Positions 20,100 through 30,873 are shown, counted from the whole stretch's first letter. The stretch: DNA of 63,915 nt, filler included, from Armatimonadota bacterium (GCA_031400935.1; 8 parts of 8 records of this genome joined end to end with filler, not necessarily neighbours in it); one strand, 5' to 3'. Notes: a model not told the origin generated them from the letters alone. Made by a program: numbers and translations.

Positions 20100-21292
20100 C
20101 GGGGATATCCTTGAAGCGGCTTAAATTTCATTGACGAAAGGAGCGTGCGCGTCTCGCCGTTCGCCGCCCCTTCGATAAACGAGCTCATCCCTGTCCGAAA
20201 GTCTTCCAAAGTCATAGTTTCAATGCTTTGTGCCAACGAATCGGGACGCCCTCCAATTGCTTGACACTGGAATATTCCATTCCAATTGGCTCGTGCGCCA
20301 GTGCTTTGCAAATGCCTTGCTAGCCACCCTAAGGCGAGTTGCCTTCCCGTTTCATATAGCCGGTCCGATTGGGATTGAATTCCTGAAACAACTGCACCAA
20401 TTCTTGATTCTGATGTAGAACCCAAAAGTACAAGTCCAGCGAATAGACTTGGAGTGTAAGAAACAAAGCGAGATTCACCTTCCGAAGCGATCGCGAGTGC
20501 CGCTGCGAGCGTCCATGCCGTGGTTGGATTGCCAAAGCCTGGCGCAGAGGCAAAAACTACAGACCCAAGCTCCAAGGAGTCTGACCCGGGAATTGTTTTC
20601 GTACGACGAATCCACACAGCCTTCTTTGCTTTTGGAGCCAATTTCCATATTGTTTTGCACTTAGCTTCAAGACCGGGAATCGGCGAAGGTCCCACGATTG
20701 AGAGTGTCAAATTGTCCGCCGCCATTTGAGCGTTGAACAGCGTTGTCAACGATTCTGGCGTTGCTTGCGCTATTGACTCTGAAGTTCCGGCTGGATCTAG
20801 CCCCGCATTTCCGAACGCAAGTAGCCAAGCTTGATTTCTAAGCTTTGCTTCTAGGGTGGCTAGAGCCAATTCTTGATTCAAAATCTTCAGTTCGTGACTT
20901 AACTGCTCCTGAGTCCATTTGCGACTCGACACAATATCTGCTAGTGCCTCAAAACCAATCTGCCAGCGATTCGCTGGGCCTTCGAGCTTGTAAGTTGTGA
21001 AATCGCGAAAAGTCTCAGCTGAGATGTTCCAGCCAGCGGTTTCTAGCTTGAACGCCAATTGAGAATCGGTTCCCTTTGCCACCAAATGCTCCAAAAGATG
21101 CCGCCAGCCGTGCCGATCTGGAGTTTCTTGGCATCCCTTTGCCGCCGCAAAAAGATGCATTGCAATAGTTTTTGATCCGGGCACAGCTTCGAAAACCGTA
21201 ACGGCCCCTGATTCGTCAACGATTCGTTGCTGTTCAGCAAGTGGTTGAGAACCAACAAAGGTGAAAATCAGAGCGGCAGTTAAACCAAACAT
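20096..21292 (-). CDS. M16 (insulinase) family zinc peptidase
   Basis: HLLEH inverzincin motif. Confidence 0.78.
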   Translation of the reverse strand: MFGLTAALIFTFVGSQPLAEQQRIVDESGAVTVFEAVPGSKTIAMHLFAAAKGCQETPDRHGWRHLLEHLVAKGTDSQLAFKLETAGWNISAETFRDFTTYKLEGPANRWQIGFEALADIVSSRKWTQEQLSHELKILNQELALATLEAKLRNQAWLLAFGNAGLDPAGTSESIAQATPESLTTLFNAQMAADNLTLSIVGPSPIPGLEAKCKTIWKLAPKAKKAVWIRRTKTIPGSDSLELGSVVFASAPGFGNPTTAWTLAAALAIASEGESRFVSYTPSLFAGLVLLGSTSESRIGAVVSGIQSQSDRLYETGRQLALGWLARHLQSTGARANWNGIFQCQAIGGRPDSLAQSIETMTLEDFRTGMSSFIEGAANGETRTLLSSMKFKPLQGYPR

Positions 21293-21307
21293 CTAATGGT
21301 AGACGCC

Positions 21308-21631
21308 TTATTCAACCGAAAGTAGTTCAACTTCAAAAACTAAAGTGGTGTCTGGCGGGATCGAAGTGCCTGCGCCGCGTGAACCGTAGCCCAGGTGGCT
21401 AGGAATTATCAGTTTTCTCTTTCCACCTTCCTTCATTCCCGCGACGCCCATGTCCCATCCCTTTATCACTCTCCCCGCACCAAGCACAAATGAGAATGGA
21501 GATCGGCCATAGCTTTGATCGAAAACACGGCCGTCTTCAAACGTGCCTTTGTATTCAACAACGACCTCATTGCCAGCCGCCGCCTCAGTTCCCGTTCCTT
21601 CAACTAAATCTTCAATAACTAATTCAGACAT
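21308..21631 (-). CDS. FKBP-type peptidyl-prolyl isomerase
   Basis: FDQS, VIKGWD.GV.GM..GGKRKL.IP..LGYG, LVFEVELL. Confidence 0.95.
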   Translation of the reverse strand: MSELVIEDLVEGTGTEAAAGNEVVVEYKGTFEDGRVFDQSYGRSPFSFVLGAGRVIKGWDMGVAGMKEGGKRKLIIPSHLGYGSRGAGTSIPPDTTLVFEVELLSVE

Positions 21632-22262
21632 TGGCTAAGTATGGCTCATTTAGGCTCGAAACGACTCGATCAGCCTCACTCAAGTGACCGATCCTCTCTC
21701 TGTCAATCCCGACGACCCAGCATCCGGCGGCATTTCCAGATGCGACTCCATTCTTAGAATCTTCGAAGACGACGCAGGATTCTGGATCAACGTTCAGTCT
21801 TTGTGCGGCCAGAAGGTAAGGCTCTGGATGCGGTTTGCCGTTTTGCACGTCAGCTTGGCAAATATGGACATCAAATTCTAACTTAAGGACAGGAAACCGT
21901 TCTAATACTGAGTTCAAATACCATTCCATAGAACTTGTAACAATTGCCTTTTTGAATTTCGCTAAAATTGAAATCAGGTTTCGGGCATCCGCAAACATCT
22001 CCAGTTTCTGCTCAATATAATGCTGAAGGATGGGTTGCTCGATTTCCAAAAATTCATCGACCGTAATTTTCCTTCCGAACTGATTGTTGATTCCTTCGAC
22101 AAGGACAGGCAAGGTGTTCCCCATGTACGGATTGAGAATGGTTTCGTCTAGCTCAATTCCAAAATGAGCGAACGCTTCAATCTCGGCGAGTTTGTGCCAC
22201 GGCTCAGAGTCAACGATCGTCCCGTCAAGGTCGAATAAATATGCCAGCGGCTTTAGCATCAA
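21624..22262 (-). CDS. HAD-family phosphatase
   Basis: FDLDGTIVDS, KPHPEPY, FEDS.NG. Confidence 0.92.
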   Translation of the reverse strand: MMLKPLAYLFDLDGTIVDSEPWHKLAEIEAFAHFGIELDETILNPYMGNTLPVLVEGINNQFGRKITVDEFLEIEQPILQHYIEQKLEMFADARNLISILAKFKKAIVTSSMEWYLNSVLERFPVLKLEFDVHICQADVQNGKPHPEPYLLAAQRLNVDPESCVVFEDSKNGVASGNAAGCWVVGIDRERIGHLSEADRVVSSLNEPYLANV

Positions 22263-23131
22263 GGATTTACGTCGCTATCCAATCGCGTCATCAGATCAAA
22301 AAGAGCGCACGTCGTTTGACCGCCAAGGCCTTCTGCTTGCATTTGAACGAGAAGGTCATGAACCAGCATCGTCCCAGGAATCGCTGCGCCAATCTCTTCT
22401 GCCGTCTCCTCGCAATATCCAAAGTCTTTTATCTGGTTGTCAATGCTGAATCCGGGCGTCCAATCATTATTCAAAATCTTTGGGCCGTAGTTTTCAAATG
22501 CCCAGCTTCCCGCTGCTCCGCCCGATAGAAGCCGACGAGTCTGTGGAAGGTCAAGGCCGCACTTTTGAGCAAAACTGAGAGACTCGCAAAGTGCCAGAAG
22601 GGCGCCTCCAACCGCAATTTGGTTTGCAGCCTTCATGCGCTGCCCCGCCCCAGGTCCGCCTACACGTTCAACTGTCTTTCCATAACACTTCAAGACGGGT
22701 TCGGCATCCTCAATGTCCTTCCCTTCGCCTCCGCAAAAGATGGTGAGGGTTCCGTTTTTCGCGCCCATGCTTCCGCCAGTTATGGGTGCGTCAATGAAAG
22801 GAAATCCTTGGTTGTTCAAATTCTTGTGAATTTGCTCAGCGACAACTGGGCTGATCGTGGAGTGGTCCACAAATAGTGTTCCCTGTTTCGCGCTTGCAGT
22901 TAGTTGTTCAAGGCAATCCAAAACGTCTTCGCTTTTGCTGACGCAAAGGCAAACAATGTCCGATGATTGCCCAAGATCGTTGAGGGAGTTCGCGATTGGG
23001 ACGCCCAGTTCTACTAGAGGTGTCCGTTTATCTTGCGAACGGTTCCAGACGGTGAGGTCGAGTCCGTTTCTGTGGATGTGGGAAGCCATTGCACCTCCCA
23101 TCACGCCAAGTCCGACAAATCCAATTCGCAT
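22259..23131 (-). CDS. 3-hydroxyisobutyrate dehydrogenase/GarR-family NAD(P) oxidoreductase
   Basis: GFVGLGVMG, DAPITGG, G.GQ.MK..NQ. Confidence 0.9.
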   Translation of the reverse strand: MRIGFVGLGVMGGAMASHIHRNGLDLTVWNRSQDKRTPLVELGVPIANSLNDLGQSSDIVCLCVSKSEDVLDCLEQLTASAKQGTLFVDHSTISPVVAEQIHKNLNNQGFPFIDAPITGGSMGAKNGTLTIFCGGEGKDIEDAEPVLKCYGKTVERVGGPGAGQRMKAANQIAVGGALLALCESLSFAQKCGLDLPQTRRLLSGGAAGSWAFENYGPKILNNDWTPGFSIDNQIKDFGYCEETAEEIGAAIPGTMLVHDLLVQMQAEGLGGQTTCALFDLMTRLDSDVNP

Positions 23132-23306
23132 AGGGATGTTTTACCTTGGACAGTAACGCGGAGTTAAGGCTGTAAATGGTGAAATTGTGGCGGGATAGCG
23201 ACTAGGCGCTCCAACACTTCTCAAAAATCAATATCTTCCCGAGAAATTGGGTGGAAACCTCCCAATTCGTAACTGAATTTTGAAAAAACGTGTAATCTCC
23301 TTCGTC

Positions 23307-24869
23307 ATGCGTTCGACGATTTCCCTCTTGGCGTTAGCGATCCTTTCAACCACCGTTTTTGCCCAAACCAAATTCGGCAATGATTCCGCAATTTCCCCTG
23401 CCCGACTTCGGGCTCACCTCGAGCTCATTGCAAGCGATGAACTCGAAGGACGTGACACGCCATCACGCGGCCTCGATATTGCAACACTTTATGTTGCAAC
23501 TCAACTCAAACTTTGGGGAGCAAAGCCAGCAGGAGACAACGGAACATTTTTTCAAAGAATGCCACTTACTTCGCGAGCGATTGACCGAACCGGAAGCACT
23601 CTACAGTTTGGTGGCAAAACATTTAGCTATGGAGCCTCCCTTCAAGCTGGAAACGTCGCCTTCCAAGGCTCGGGCAAGATGGTTTATGCCGGACATGGCT
23701 ACGTAGTCAAGTCGAAAAACGTAGACCCTTACGCAGGGCTTGATGTCAATGGGAAAATCGTCGTCGTTGCAACTGGAATGCCCTCTGGCGTTTCGTTCTC
23801 AGACCTACGACTAGCTGGTTCAGAGCGTCCTGCACAGGCTGCAAAGGCTCGCGGTGCGATGGGCGTTCTGATTGTTGCTGATGCTACAGATAACACGTCT
23901 TGGAACTCAGAAGAACCCGTTCGCCGAGGATTTATGCAGCCCGATTACGGTGATGCCCCCGATTCACCTGGCCCAAGCATCCGAATCCGATCTGATATTG
24001 CAAAGGAACTTTTTGCTGGCGAAGCCACATCCGTCGAAGAGATATTGAAAGGGTCCGACGCTCCTGAAAAGGGCTTTGCCCTTTCTGATTCAAAGACAGT
24101 CATCGTCAATGTGATCGAGCAAAAGACCACAATCTACACCCGAAACGTAGTTGCCATCGTTCCAGGCACTGATGCAAAATTGAAGGACGAATATGTTGCC
24201 TATGGATCGCACATTGACCACGTAGGAATGCGAACCAGCGGAACGGGCGACATGATTTTCAACGGCGCGGATGATGATGGCTCTGGCACAGTCGCCATTC
24301 TCGAAATCGCACACGCGCTACTTACTGGGCCGAGACCAAAGCGATCTTCCCTATTCGTTTGGCATTGCGGCGAAGAAAAGGGCATGTGGGGCTCGGAATG
24401 GTATGTTCAAAAACCAACTGTGCCTTTGACAAGCATCGTTGCGCAATTGAATATAGACATGATTGGCCGAAGCAAGCCTGCTGGAGATGTCAATCCTGCG
24501 AATAAGGATTTATCGGGACCAAATGGAATTTATGTTATCGGCTCCACGATGATGAGCACAGATTTGCAAAAGACCAGCGAAGCTGTGAATAAGAAGTTTC
24601 TCAATATCTTGTTCGATTACAGGTACGACGACCCGAAGGACCCACAGAGATTTTTCTTTCGGTCTGACCATTACAGCTACGCCAAGAAGGGAATTCCAAT
24701 CATCTTTTACTTCAGCGGAGTACACGAAGACTACCACCGAACCGGCGACGAAGCACATAAGATTGACTACGAAAAGATGAGCAAGGTAGCCCGCACCGTA
24801 TATGCAACAGGTTGGGAACTGGCAAATGCGGCAAAGAGACCGGTTGTGGATAAGCCAGTTCCGAAGTAA
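23307..24869 (+). CDS. M28-family peptidase with PA domain (exported)
   Basis: SHIDH, NGADDDGSG, GEEKG, NIDMIGR, RSDH, HEDYH. Confidence 0.9.
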   Translation: MRSTISLLALAILSTTVFAQTKFGNDSAISPARLRAHLELIASDELEGRDTPSRGLDIATLYVATQLKLWGAKPAGDNGTFFQRMPLTSRAIDRTGSTLQFGGKTFSYGASLQAGNVAFQGSGKMVYAGHGYVVKSKNVDPYAGLDVNGKIVVVATGMPSGVSFSDLRLAGSERPAQAAKARGAMGVLIVADATDNTSWNSEEPVRRGFMQPDYGDAPDSPGPSIRIRSDIAKELFAGEATSVEEILKGSDAPEKGFALSDSKTVIVNVIEQKTTIYTRNVVAIVPGTDAKLKDEYVAYGSHIDHVGMRTSGTGDMIFNGADDDGSGTVAILEIAHALLTGPRPKRSSLFVWHCGEEKGMWGSEWYVQKPTVPLTSIVAQLNIDMIGRSKPAGDVNPANKDLSGPNGIYVIGSTMMSTDLQKTSEAVNKKFLNILFDYRYDDPKDPQRFFFRSDHYSYAKKGIPIIFYFSGVHEDYHRTGDEAHKIDYEKMSKVARTVYATGWELANAAKRPVVDKPVPK

Positions 24870-24919
24870 ATAGGGTCAAGTATAGGTGGAATGATTTGGT
24901 TGGATTGTATGGATTGATT

Positions 24920-24986
24920 CCGCTCTCCGCTCTCCGCTCTCCACCTTCCGCTCTAATCCACAATCCAAAATCCAAAATCCAAAATC
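24920..24986. repeat. Heptamer arrays CCGCTCT and AATCCAA
   Basis: ccgctct x3 ccacctt ccgctct, then aatccac aatccaa aatccaa aatccaa. Confidence 0.85.
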
Positions 24987-25097
24987 TCCCGTTCCCAAAT
25001 TGTGGATAACTTCCCACTTCAACCCAACCTATTCTTAGACTAAAACTTGTAATATAGTACGTCGCGCATCGAAACAATCTTTGCGCACGTCTTTCCT

Positions 25098-25210
25098 ATG
25101 CCAAACGACTCGACGCGAGATACAGTAGCCGAAAAGCGGTGGCTTCAAGCCCTGGCTGAAGGTGATCCGAAGGCGTTAGGCGCTTTATACGAGATGTACG
25201 GCGAAAGAAT
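25098..25210 (+). CDS. ECF sigma factor, 5' fragment (contig end)
   Basis: MPNDSTRDTVAEKRWLQALAEGDPKALGALYEMYGER; the GD..A...LY..Y pattern is typical of ECF sigma N-termini. Confidence 0.6.
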
Positions 25211-25310
25211 NNNNNNNNNNNNNNNNNNNNNNNNNNNNNNNNNNNNNNNNNNNNTTAATTAATTAANNNNNNNNNNNNNNNNNNNNNNNNNNNNNNNNNN
25301 NNNNNNNNNN
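25211..25310. other. Artificial contig linker
   Basis: N-run/TTAATTAATTAA/N-run. Confidence 0.99.
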
Positions 25311-25325
25311 TAAATATTTGTTACA

Positions 25326-25409
25326 CTTTTTGGGGTGGGCGGGGGCTTGACCGCTTTTTTTAAAAAAAATTTTTAAATGGCGGGCACACGCCCCCGCACT
25401 CCCGAAAAG
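25326..25409. repeat. Degenerate copy of the REP-like inverted element at 2944
   Basis: ...gggcttgaccgc...cgcactcccgaaaag; at a contig edge, base quality may be poor. Confidence 0.5.
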
Positions 25410-25422
25410 GTATCGTTCCCCT

Positions 25423-27123
25423 ATGCTAAGCGCCGCATGGCTCTGCACCGCACTCATGGCCACACAAAACGTACCCAGCCCATCGATGGTCTCGATGATC
25501 GTCCGCTTCTCAGAAGATCGAGGGAGCCTTGAACGGGCATACCCTATCTCGATTTCTGCCAAACGAACAACGCGGCTTACGAAACTGTTTCAAGAATCAC
25601 TGACTGAACTTAAAAGAGTCAATTTTGATGGGCTGGATTCTGAAGGAAAAGTTGACTACCTGCTGTTCAAGAATTATTTGAATCATGAAGTGCGAGAAAT
25701 CGAAATTGATAATCAGCAAATGACCAATGTCTTTCCCCTGATTCCTTTCAGCGGCACGATCATGGAACTGGAAGAGTCTCGCCGTCGCTTTGAAAAAATA
25801 GACCCTGCGGCACTAGCAGTCACTCTAACTGAGCTGGAAAAGACGATTCGAACGCACCACAAGGAAATCGAAACCGGGCTAACTGGCAAAACTCCGCTCA
25901 AGGTTGAAAAAACGCGAGCGAACAGGGTTGTTCAAGTCATTGAACGCCTAAAAGGGCATTTCAAAGACTGGGTCGAGTTCTATGAGGGTTACGATCCAAT
26001 GTTCAGTTGGTGGTGCTCCGAGCCGCAAAAGGGCGTTACCGATGCGCTTAGCGATTATCAAACTTTCGTTCGAGAAAAGCTTGTCGGTATCAAGCCGGAT
26101 GACAAGACAACAATCATCGGGTTCCCAATCGGCGCAGAGGCGTTGCAGGCGGAACTCGACTACGAAATGATTCGCTATACGCCCGACGAACTCGTTGAAA
26201 TTGCCAACAAAGAATTTGCCTGGTGTGAAGCCGAAATGAAAAAAGCCTCCAGCGAAATGGGCTTTGGAGACGATTGGAAAAGGGCGCTCGAAAAGGTGAA
26301 GATGGATCACGTTGAGCCTGGCAAGCAGCCAGAATTGATAAAGGAATTGGCTCTGGAGGCGATCAAATTTGTGGAGGACAAGAACCTGGTTACTGTTCCC
26401 CATTTGGCGAAGGAAACCTGGCGGATGAGCATGATGTCTCCCGATAGGCAGCTTCAAAGCCCGTTCTTTTTGGGCGGAGAGCAGATTCTAGTTTCCTACC
26501 CCACAGCAGGTATGTCGCAGGAGGCAAAACTCATGAGCATGAGGGGCAACAACAAGCATTTTGCCCGCGCAACTGTTCAGCACGAGCTGATCCCCGGCCA
26601 CCACCTACAGCAGTTTATGACCTCTCGAAATAACACCCACCGTGGGCTCTTCAACACGCCGTTTTGGGTAGAAGGCTGGGCGCTCTATTGGGAATTTTTG
26701 CTATATGACATCGGCTTTCCAAAATCGCCAGAGAATCGGGTGGGAATGCTGTTTTGGCGGATGCACCGGTGCGCTCGAATCATTTTCTCGCTTGGTTTCC
26801 ATTTAGGCAAAATGACTCCTCAAGAGTGTGTTGATTTTCTGGTGGACCGAGTTGGCCATGAGCGGGACAACGCTTCGGCGGAAGTTCGGCGTTCATTTGC
26901 TGGAAACTATGGGCCGCTTTATCAGGCGGCTTATATGCTCGGCGGATTGCAGATTCGGGCGATGCGGCACGAACTTGTGGATCCGAAAAAGATGACGGAC
27001 AAGCAGTTCCACGATGCGATTTTGATTGGCAATACCATGCCGATCGAAATGGTTCGGGCACGGGTTTCTGGGGCGAAGCTGACGAAGGATTGGAAGTCGA
27101 GTTGGCGGTTTTATGAGAAGTAA
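25423..27123 (+). CDS. DUF885-family protein (metallopeptidase-like)
   Basis: HELIPGHHLQ, EGWALYWE, YQAAYMLG. Confidence 0.88.
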   Translation: MLSAAWLCTALMATQNVPSPSMVSMIVRFSEDRGSLERAYPISISAKRTTRLTKLFQESLTELKRVNFDGLDSEGKVDYLLFKNYLNHEVREIEIDNQQMTNVFPLIPFSGTIMELEESRRRFEKIDPAALAVTLTELEKTIRTHHKEIETGLTGKTPLKVEKTRANRVVQVIERLKGHFKDWVEFYEGYDPMFSWWCSEPQKGVTDALSDYQTFVREKLVGIKPDDKTTIIGFPIGAEALQAELDYEMIRYTPDELVEIANKEFAWCEAEMKKASSEMGFGDDWKRALEKVKMDHVEPGKQPELIKELALEAIKFVEDKNLVTVPHLAKETWRMSMMSPDRQLQSPFFLGGEQILVSYPTAGMSQEAKLMSMRGNNKHFARATVQHELIPGHHLQQFMTSRNNTHRGLFNTPFWVEGWALYWEFLLYDIGFPKSPENRVGMLFWRMHRCARIIFSLGFHLGKMTPQECVDFLVDRVGHERDNASAEVRRSFAGNYGPLYQAAYMLGGLQIRAMRHELVDPKKMTDKQFHDAILIGNTMPIEMVRARVSGAKLTKDWKSSWRFYEK

Positions 27124-27186
27124 TCGGTGTCTGACCCAAAGAGACTCCCTCTCCCAAAAGCGCAGCGAGAGGGCTCTGGTAGCGCC

Positions 27187-27711
27187 ATGAACGCTATCGT
27201 GCCGCTTGCAGCTATTCTGATCCAACTTGCAATTTGGCAAACAATTGGTCAGGTCTTCGGCGTTGATCTGAGCAAGGCTAGTCCAGATCAGTTAGTTCGC
27301 GCTCTCGGACCAAGTGTTCGCCAGGTGCGTCATTATTGGAGCGAACGCGAGATGATCCACGTTCGGGATGACGGGTGGGATTGGTGGCGCTGGGACGAAG
27401 CGAATGCCGACGTGCAGGCATATTGGGGTCCGGCGTATCCGATGGAAAGTCGGCGCATCCGAACGATTGTCTTATGCAAGCAATTTGCCAAGGGAAAGAC
27501 CAAGAGCATCAAACCAAGTGGCAAAGGGGCCCACTGGCTCAAGGGGTTCAAGATCGGAATGCCGCAGTCCTCGTGCGTCGAACGGTTTACTAAGCTCTTT
27601 GGGAAGCCGACGATGGAATTCGGACAATTCGTCTGGAGCGATGCTAAGTGCAAGCTCGAATTGAGCGTCGAAAAAGGCAGGGTTACGGAACTGACTATCG
27701 AAGTCATGTGA
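27187..27711 (+). CDS. Hypothetical exported protein
   Basis: ORF with hydrophobic N-terminus (MNAIVPLAAILIQLAIW); no recognised family. Confidence 0.5.
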   Translation: MNAIVPLAAILIQLAIWQTIGQVFGVDLSKASPDQLVRALGPSVRQVRHYWSEREMIHVRDDGWDWWRWDEANADVQAYWGPAYPMESRRIRTIVLCKQFAKGKTKSIKPSGKGAHWLKGFKIGMPQSSCVERFTKLFGKPTMEFGQFVWSDAKCKLELSVEKGRVTELTIEVM

Positions 27712-27719
27712 ATCCTTAA

Positions 27720-28946
27720 TTAGGTTAGTCTCGCAATTCTATTGCCGATTTCTCGTTTTAAATGATCAGTAACCTTCTTGTCAAAGCCAATCGTTTCAAT
27801 CCGATCCAAATTTCGTTCGACCTGGGTACAAATTGTGTCGAGCGTAAGGTTGATAACATTCTCGTTGAGGCCAAATCTGCCAAAAAACTTCAAGAAATCT
27901 GAGCGATTGAATTCATCATCTTTTCCATCCATTTTGAGAGCCATTCGGGTGTCCTTGTAGGGCAGCGTCGAAAGCAAGTCGTAAGCTGGTGAAACCGTTA
28001 TCGGCCGATTCCACGATTTCCGCAGGATGCTGACGTTCTTCCCGTGGAGATCGCCATTCACGATGACGTAGGAGTAAGCGTAGAGCTTAAGGAGCCTCTC
28101 GAGGGCGAGATCCTTTGACTGGCAGGCGCTGATTAGGGCGTCAGCAACTTCACGAAGGCTCAGATTGTACTTTTCGGCAGGATACTTGTTGGCAAGCTGG
28201 CAAACGTCCTCCTGATGAGCTCGCCCCCAAAACTTTGTCGTTTCACTATAGATTCGATCAAATCTCCAAACTAAAATTGCGGCTCGATTTTTGTCATCGT
28301 AAACAAGTTTGAATTTCGGGACGGTCATGCCGCATCTCGCAGCAAGTTCCATAAAGAACGCTTCGTTTTCAGCAATTTTTGGATACTTCTCGGATGAAAA
28401 CTTCAATATCGAAGGGCCATAGGTTTTCGAAGCTCGAACCTTTTGGATAATTCGTGCGGCCGAGACCTTAGGCTGAATCCCGGATATGCTTGCGTCCTTG
28501 GCGCCAGCAAGGTAGCCCTGTACGATTTCCTCAAAATCGAGATTGGGCAACTGATTCAGGTCCCACGAATAGACATCTGTACTCTCGTATAGGTCAGGAT
28601 TGAAGGCATAGACGTCTCCAATCGTATCTGGACCAGCTGCGATAAATGCAGAAAACAGATCATCTGGCGATGTCTTTGCATTGGCAGTTAGGGCCGCTAA
28701 GCGATGCCCTTCTGGCAACAGTCCCTCAAAAAAAGTGTGCAGTCGAGAGCCTGCTGTCAGGATAGGCTTATCGGTGTATTGCAAGTGGTGAGCGATACCA
28801 CGCGCTGGCTTATTCGGAAGAGCCAAGAAGGAGAGGTCATACGTAAAGCTGCTGCCTCTGGGCGTCCTCTTCAAAGAGCCGCAGAGTGTGCCATCGCAAA
28901 AGATCGGCACTTCGGAAATATCTGTTGGCCGGAGAATCTCGCTCAC
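27720..28946 (-). CDS. hipA: HipA-family kinase toxin with fused N-terminal (couple_hipA) domain
   Basis: FFEGLLPEG, SISGIQPK, RFDR, HQED, NGDLHGKNVS, SPAYDL. Confidence 0.92.
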   Translation of the reverse strand: MSEILRPTDISEVPIFCDGTLCGSLKRTPRGSSFTYDLSFLALPNKPARGIAHHLQYTDKPILTAGSRLHTFFEGLLPEGHRLAALTANAKTSPDDLFSAFIAAGPDTIGDVYAFNPDLYESTDVYSWDLNQLPNLDFEEIVQGYLAGAKDASISGIQPKVSAARIIQKVRASKTYGPSILKFSSEKYPKIAENEAFFMELAARCGMTVPKFKLVYDDKNRAAILVWRFDRIYSETTKFWGRAHQEDVCQLANKYPAEKYNLSLREVADALISACQSKDLALERLLKLYAYSYVIVNGDLHGKNVSILRKSWNRPITVSPAYDLLSTLPYKDTRMALKMDGKDDEFNRSDFLKFFGRFGLNENVINLTLDTICTQVERNLDRIETIGFDKKVTDHLKREIGNRIARLT

Positions 28947-29245
28947 TCGAATGTTGACCTCGCCTGTAGTTCTCCAGAGCCAAATTCAATGGTAAGCTTC
29001 AATCCCAACACTCTAAGGAGATCAAGCAGCTTATCGAGCCTTAGTGACATCTTCCCGCGCTCAACTTCTGATACGAACTGCCTCTGGCACCCTGCGAGCA
29101 TAGCTGCCCTAAACTGAGTGAGACCAAGCTCTTTCCGATTCCGCTTGACCATTGCAGCAAGCGACAGTTCGATGTTCTCAGCCCTGTAATGAGCTTGAGT
29201 TTCCTTCACTGTCATGGATTTCTTTCGTTTTGCCATTGATCGCAT
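28943..29245 (-). CDS. hipB: HipB-like XRE HTH antitoxin
   Basis: RKELGLTQ..AA..AG..RQFVSEVERGK...LGL; overlaps the hipA start; start may be 29236. Confidence 0.85.
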   Translation of the reverse strand: MRSMAKRKKSMTVKETQAHYRAENIELSLAAMVKRNRKELGLTQFRAAMLAGCQRQFVSEVERGKMSLRLDKLLDLLRVLGLKLTIEFGSGELQARSTFE

Positions 29246-29434
29246 ACTAAATACCTTCTCTTCCAGTATTATCGCACAAAACTGGTCATTTTGTATGCGA
29301 TAGCTTGCATATCAGCATCTTTTAGGCACTTTTGCTCGCAAAACACACAATTTGTCTGTGATCGACGGCATTATGTGCATCATCTGGCAGTTTTGACCAT
29401 ACATTGGCGATTTTGCACGTGATCGGTGCCATTT
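29238..29434. promoter_or_regulatory. Operator-like repeats upstream of hipBA
   Basis: ttttgtatgcgatag, atttgtctgtgatcg and ttttgcacgtgatcg at 29289, 29350, 29411 (61-bp period); imperfect palindrome tatcgcacaaaa...ttttgtatgcgata. Confidence 0.55.
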
Positions 29435-29564
29435 ACGATAGGTTCAAAACTGCATACAGAATCAAGTAGTCAAGTTCAAACTCACCACAAAGAGCCCAAA
29501 AAACACCATGCCCTTTAAAAAACGCAGAAAACCAGGAACTTGACCCAACCCGGTATCCTTATAC

Positions 29565-29664
29565 NNNNNNNNNNNNNNNNNNNNNNNNNNNNNNNNNNNN
29601 NNNNNNNNTTAATTAATTAANNNNNNNNNNNNNNNNNNNNNNNNNNNNNNNNNNNNNNNNNNNN
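29565..29664. other. Artificial contig linker
   Basis: N-run/TTAATTAATTAA/N-run. Confidence 0.99.
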
Positions 29665-30805
29665 GACCCTGGAAATACTGCAAATTGAACCTGACAAATA
29701 GAATAACGATGAGCCCCAAAAATCCGGAAAGCACTCCGCTCTGCCATTTGGAGCTAAGAAGCACTTTGCTTCGAAGTCCACCAAGCGTCCAGCAGATGAA
29801 GCACAGCAACAATACGATGCCGTAAACAATGTTGGGCAAAAAGATGTCCATGTAGCCGAACGTTCCGACAAAACTTCGCATTGTCCACCAACCCACCCAT
29901 TGAGTCCAATAGGCGTAGGCACCGAGCTCGCTGATGAACATGGACGCTTGCGGAGAATTGACAAATGCGGCATTGAACGCGCTCATGGCAAAGGGATCGC
30001 CGTAAAGATTCAGGTTTCTTAGCCACCACAAACCGGCAATCGCAAGTAGCACTGCAAAAGTGCTTAAAGATAGTCGCAGCGAATTTGAAGGCTTGTTGGC
30101 TTTATGATTTGCAGAAAGCGCCAAGGCGATAATCGGAATCAGGGCAATCGCCGTTGTTTTCGTGAGCATCCCAAGTCCAGCCAAAAAGCCAACCCGAATT
30201 GCTATGCCCTGGCACCAACCTTGCTGAACGCCAAGCGAACAAAAGGCAAGTGTCCATGTGCAAAGGCAAAACAGAAGCGGGTCGTTGCTTATCGCGCCGT
30301 TTAGAGCAATATGCATTGGCAACAACCCGGCAAATGCTGTTGCGGCAAGGGAAACTTCATGTCTTTTTGTAGACCAAAAAGCAAGTGCGAACACCCCGAA
30401 GACCGTGCCGATTCCGATGAAACAGTTCAAAAACCGAAGCCAATATCCGCCCGACTGTTCCAAAGACTCTGGGGCGACTGCATGGGCCGGAAGCGATGCA
30501 AGCATGTAATAAAGCGGAGGCTGATGCGCTTGATAATTTTCGCCCAAATTCGGGTCTTTGGGATCAAGAATCGGAAACCCTTCGCCTCTAACCAGGTGGA
30601 GAATATAGTTCACATGCTGCCTTTCGTCGGGCGCACCAATGTCAGAAACCTGCGCCCCGCGTTGGAACTTTATGCGTCCGCTTGTTCGGTAAGGGGTCAC
30701 CGATGCATAAGCGATCGCCAACGCAAAGTGAAGGCAAAGCAAGAAAATGAGCCACCGTTTTGCAGCAATTGGGAGATTCTTGAGAGAAAAAGGTTCCGAA
30801 ATCAT
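29665..30805 (-). CDS. GT-C (ArnT/PMT-like, DUF2142-type) glycosyltransferase, 3' truncated
   Basis: APDE..H, HQPPLYY, SND, G..TK, many TM helices. Confidence 0.8.
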
Positions 30806-30873
30806 CTGTTAATACGTCAATTATGGGATATGATAGTAATAGCGGGGAACCGCCACGACATTAGGAGACTAGT

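Noticed and set aside
24845..25009. Two TGTGGATAA DnaA boxes as oriC
   Set aside because: One lies in coding sequence, and there is no box cluster, unwinding element or dnaA context.
29270..29434. 61-bp periodicity as a degenerate CRISPR array
   Set aside because: The conserved core is only ~15 nt and degenerate, and its position at the hipB promoter fits operators better.
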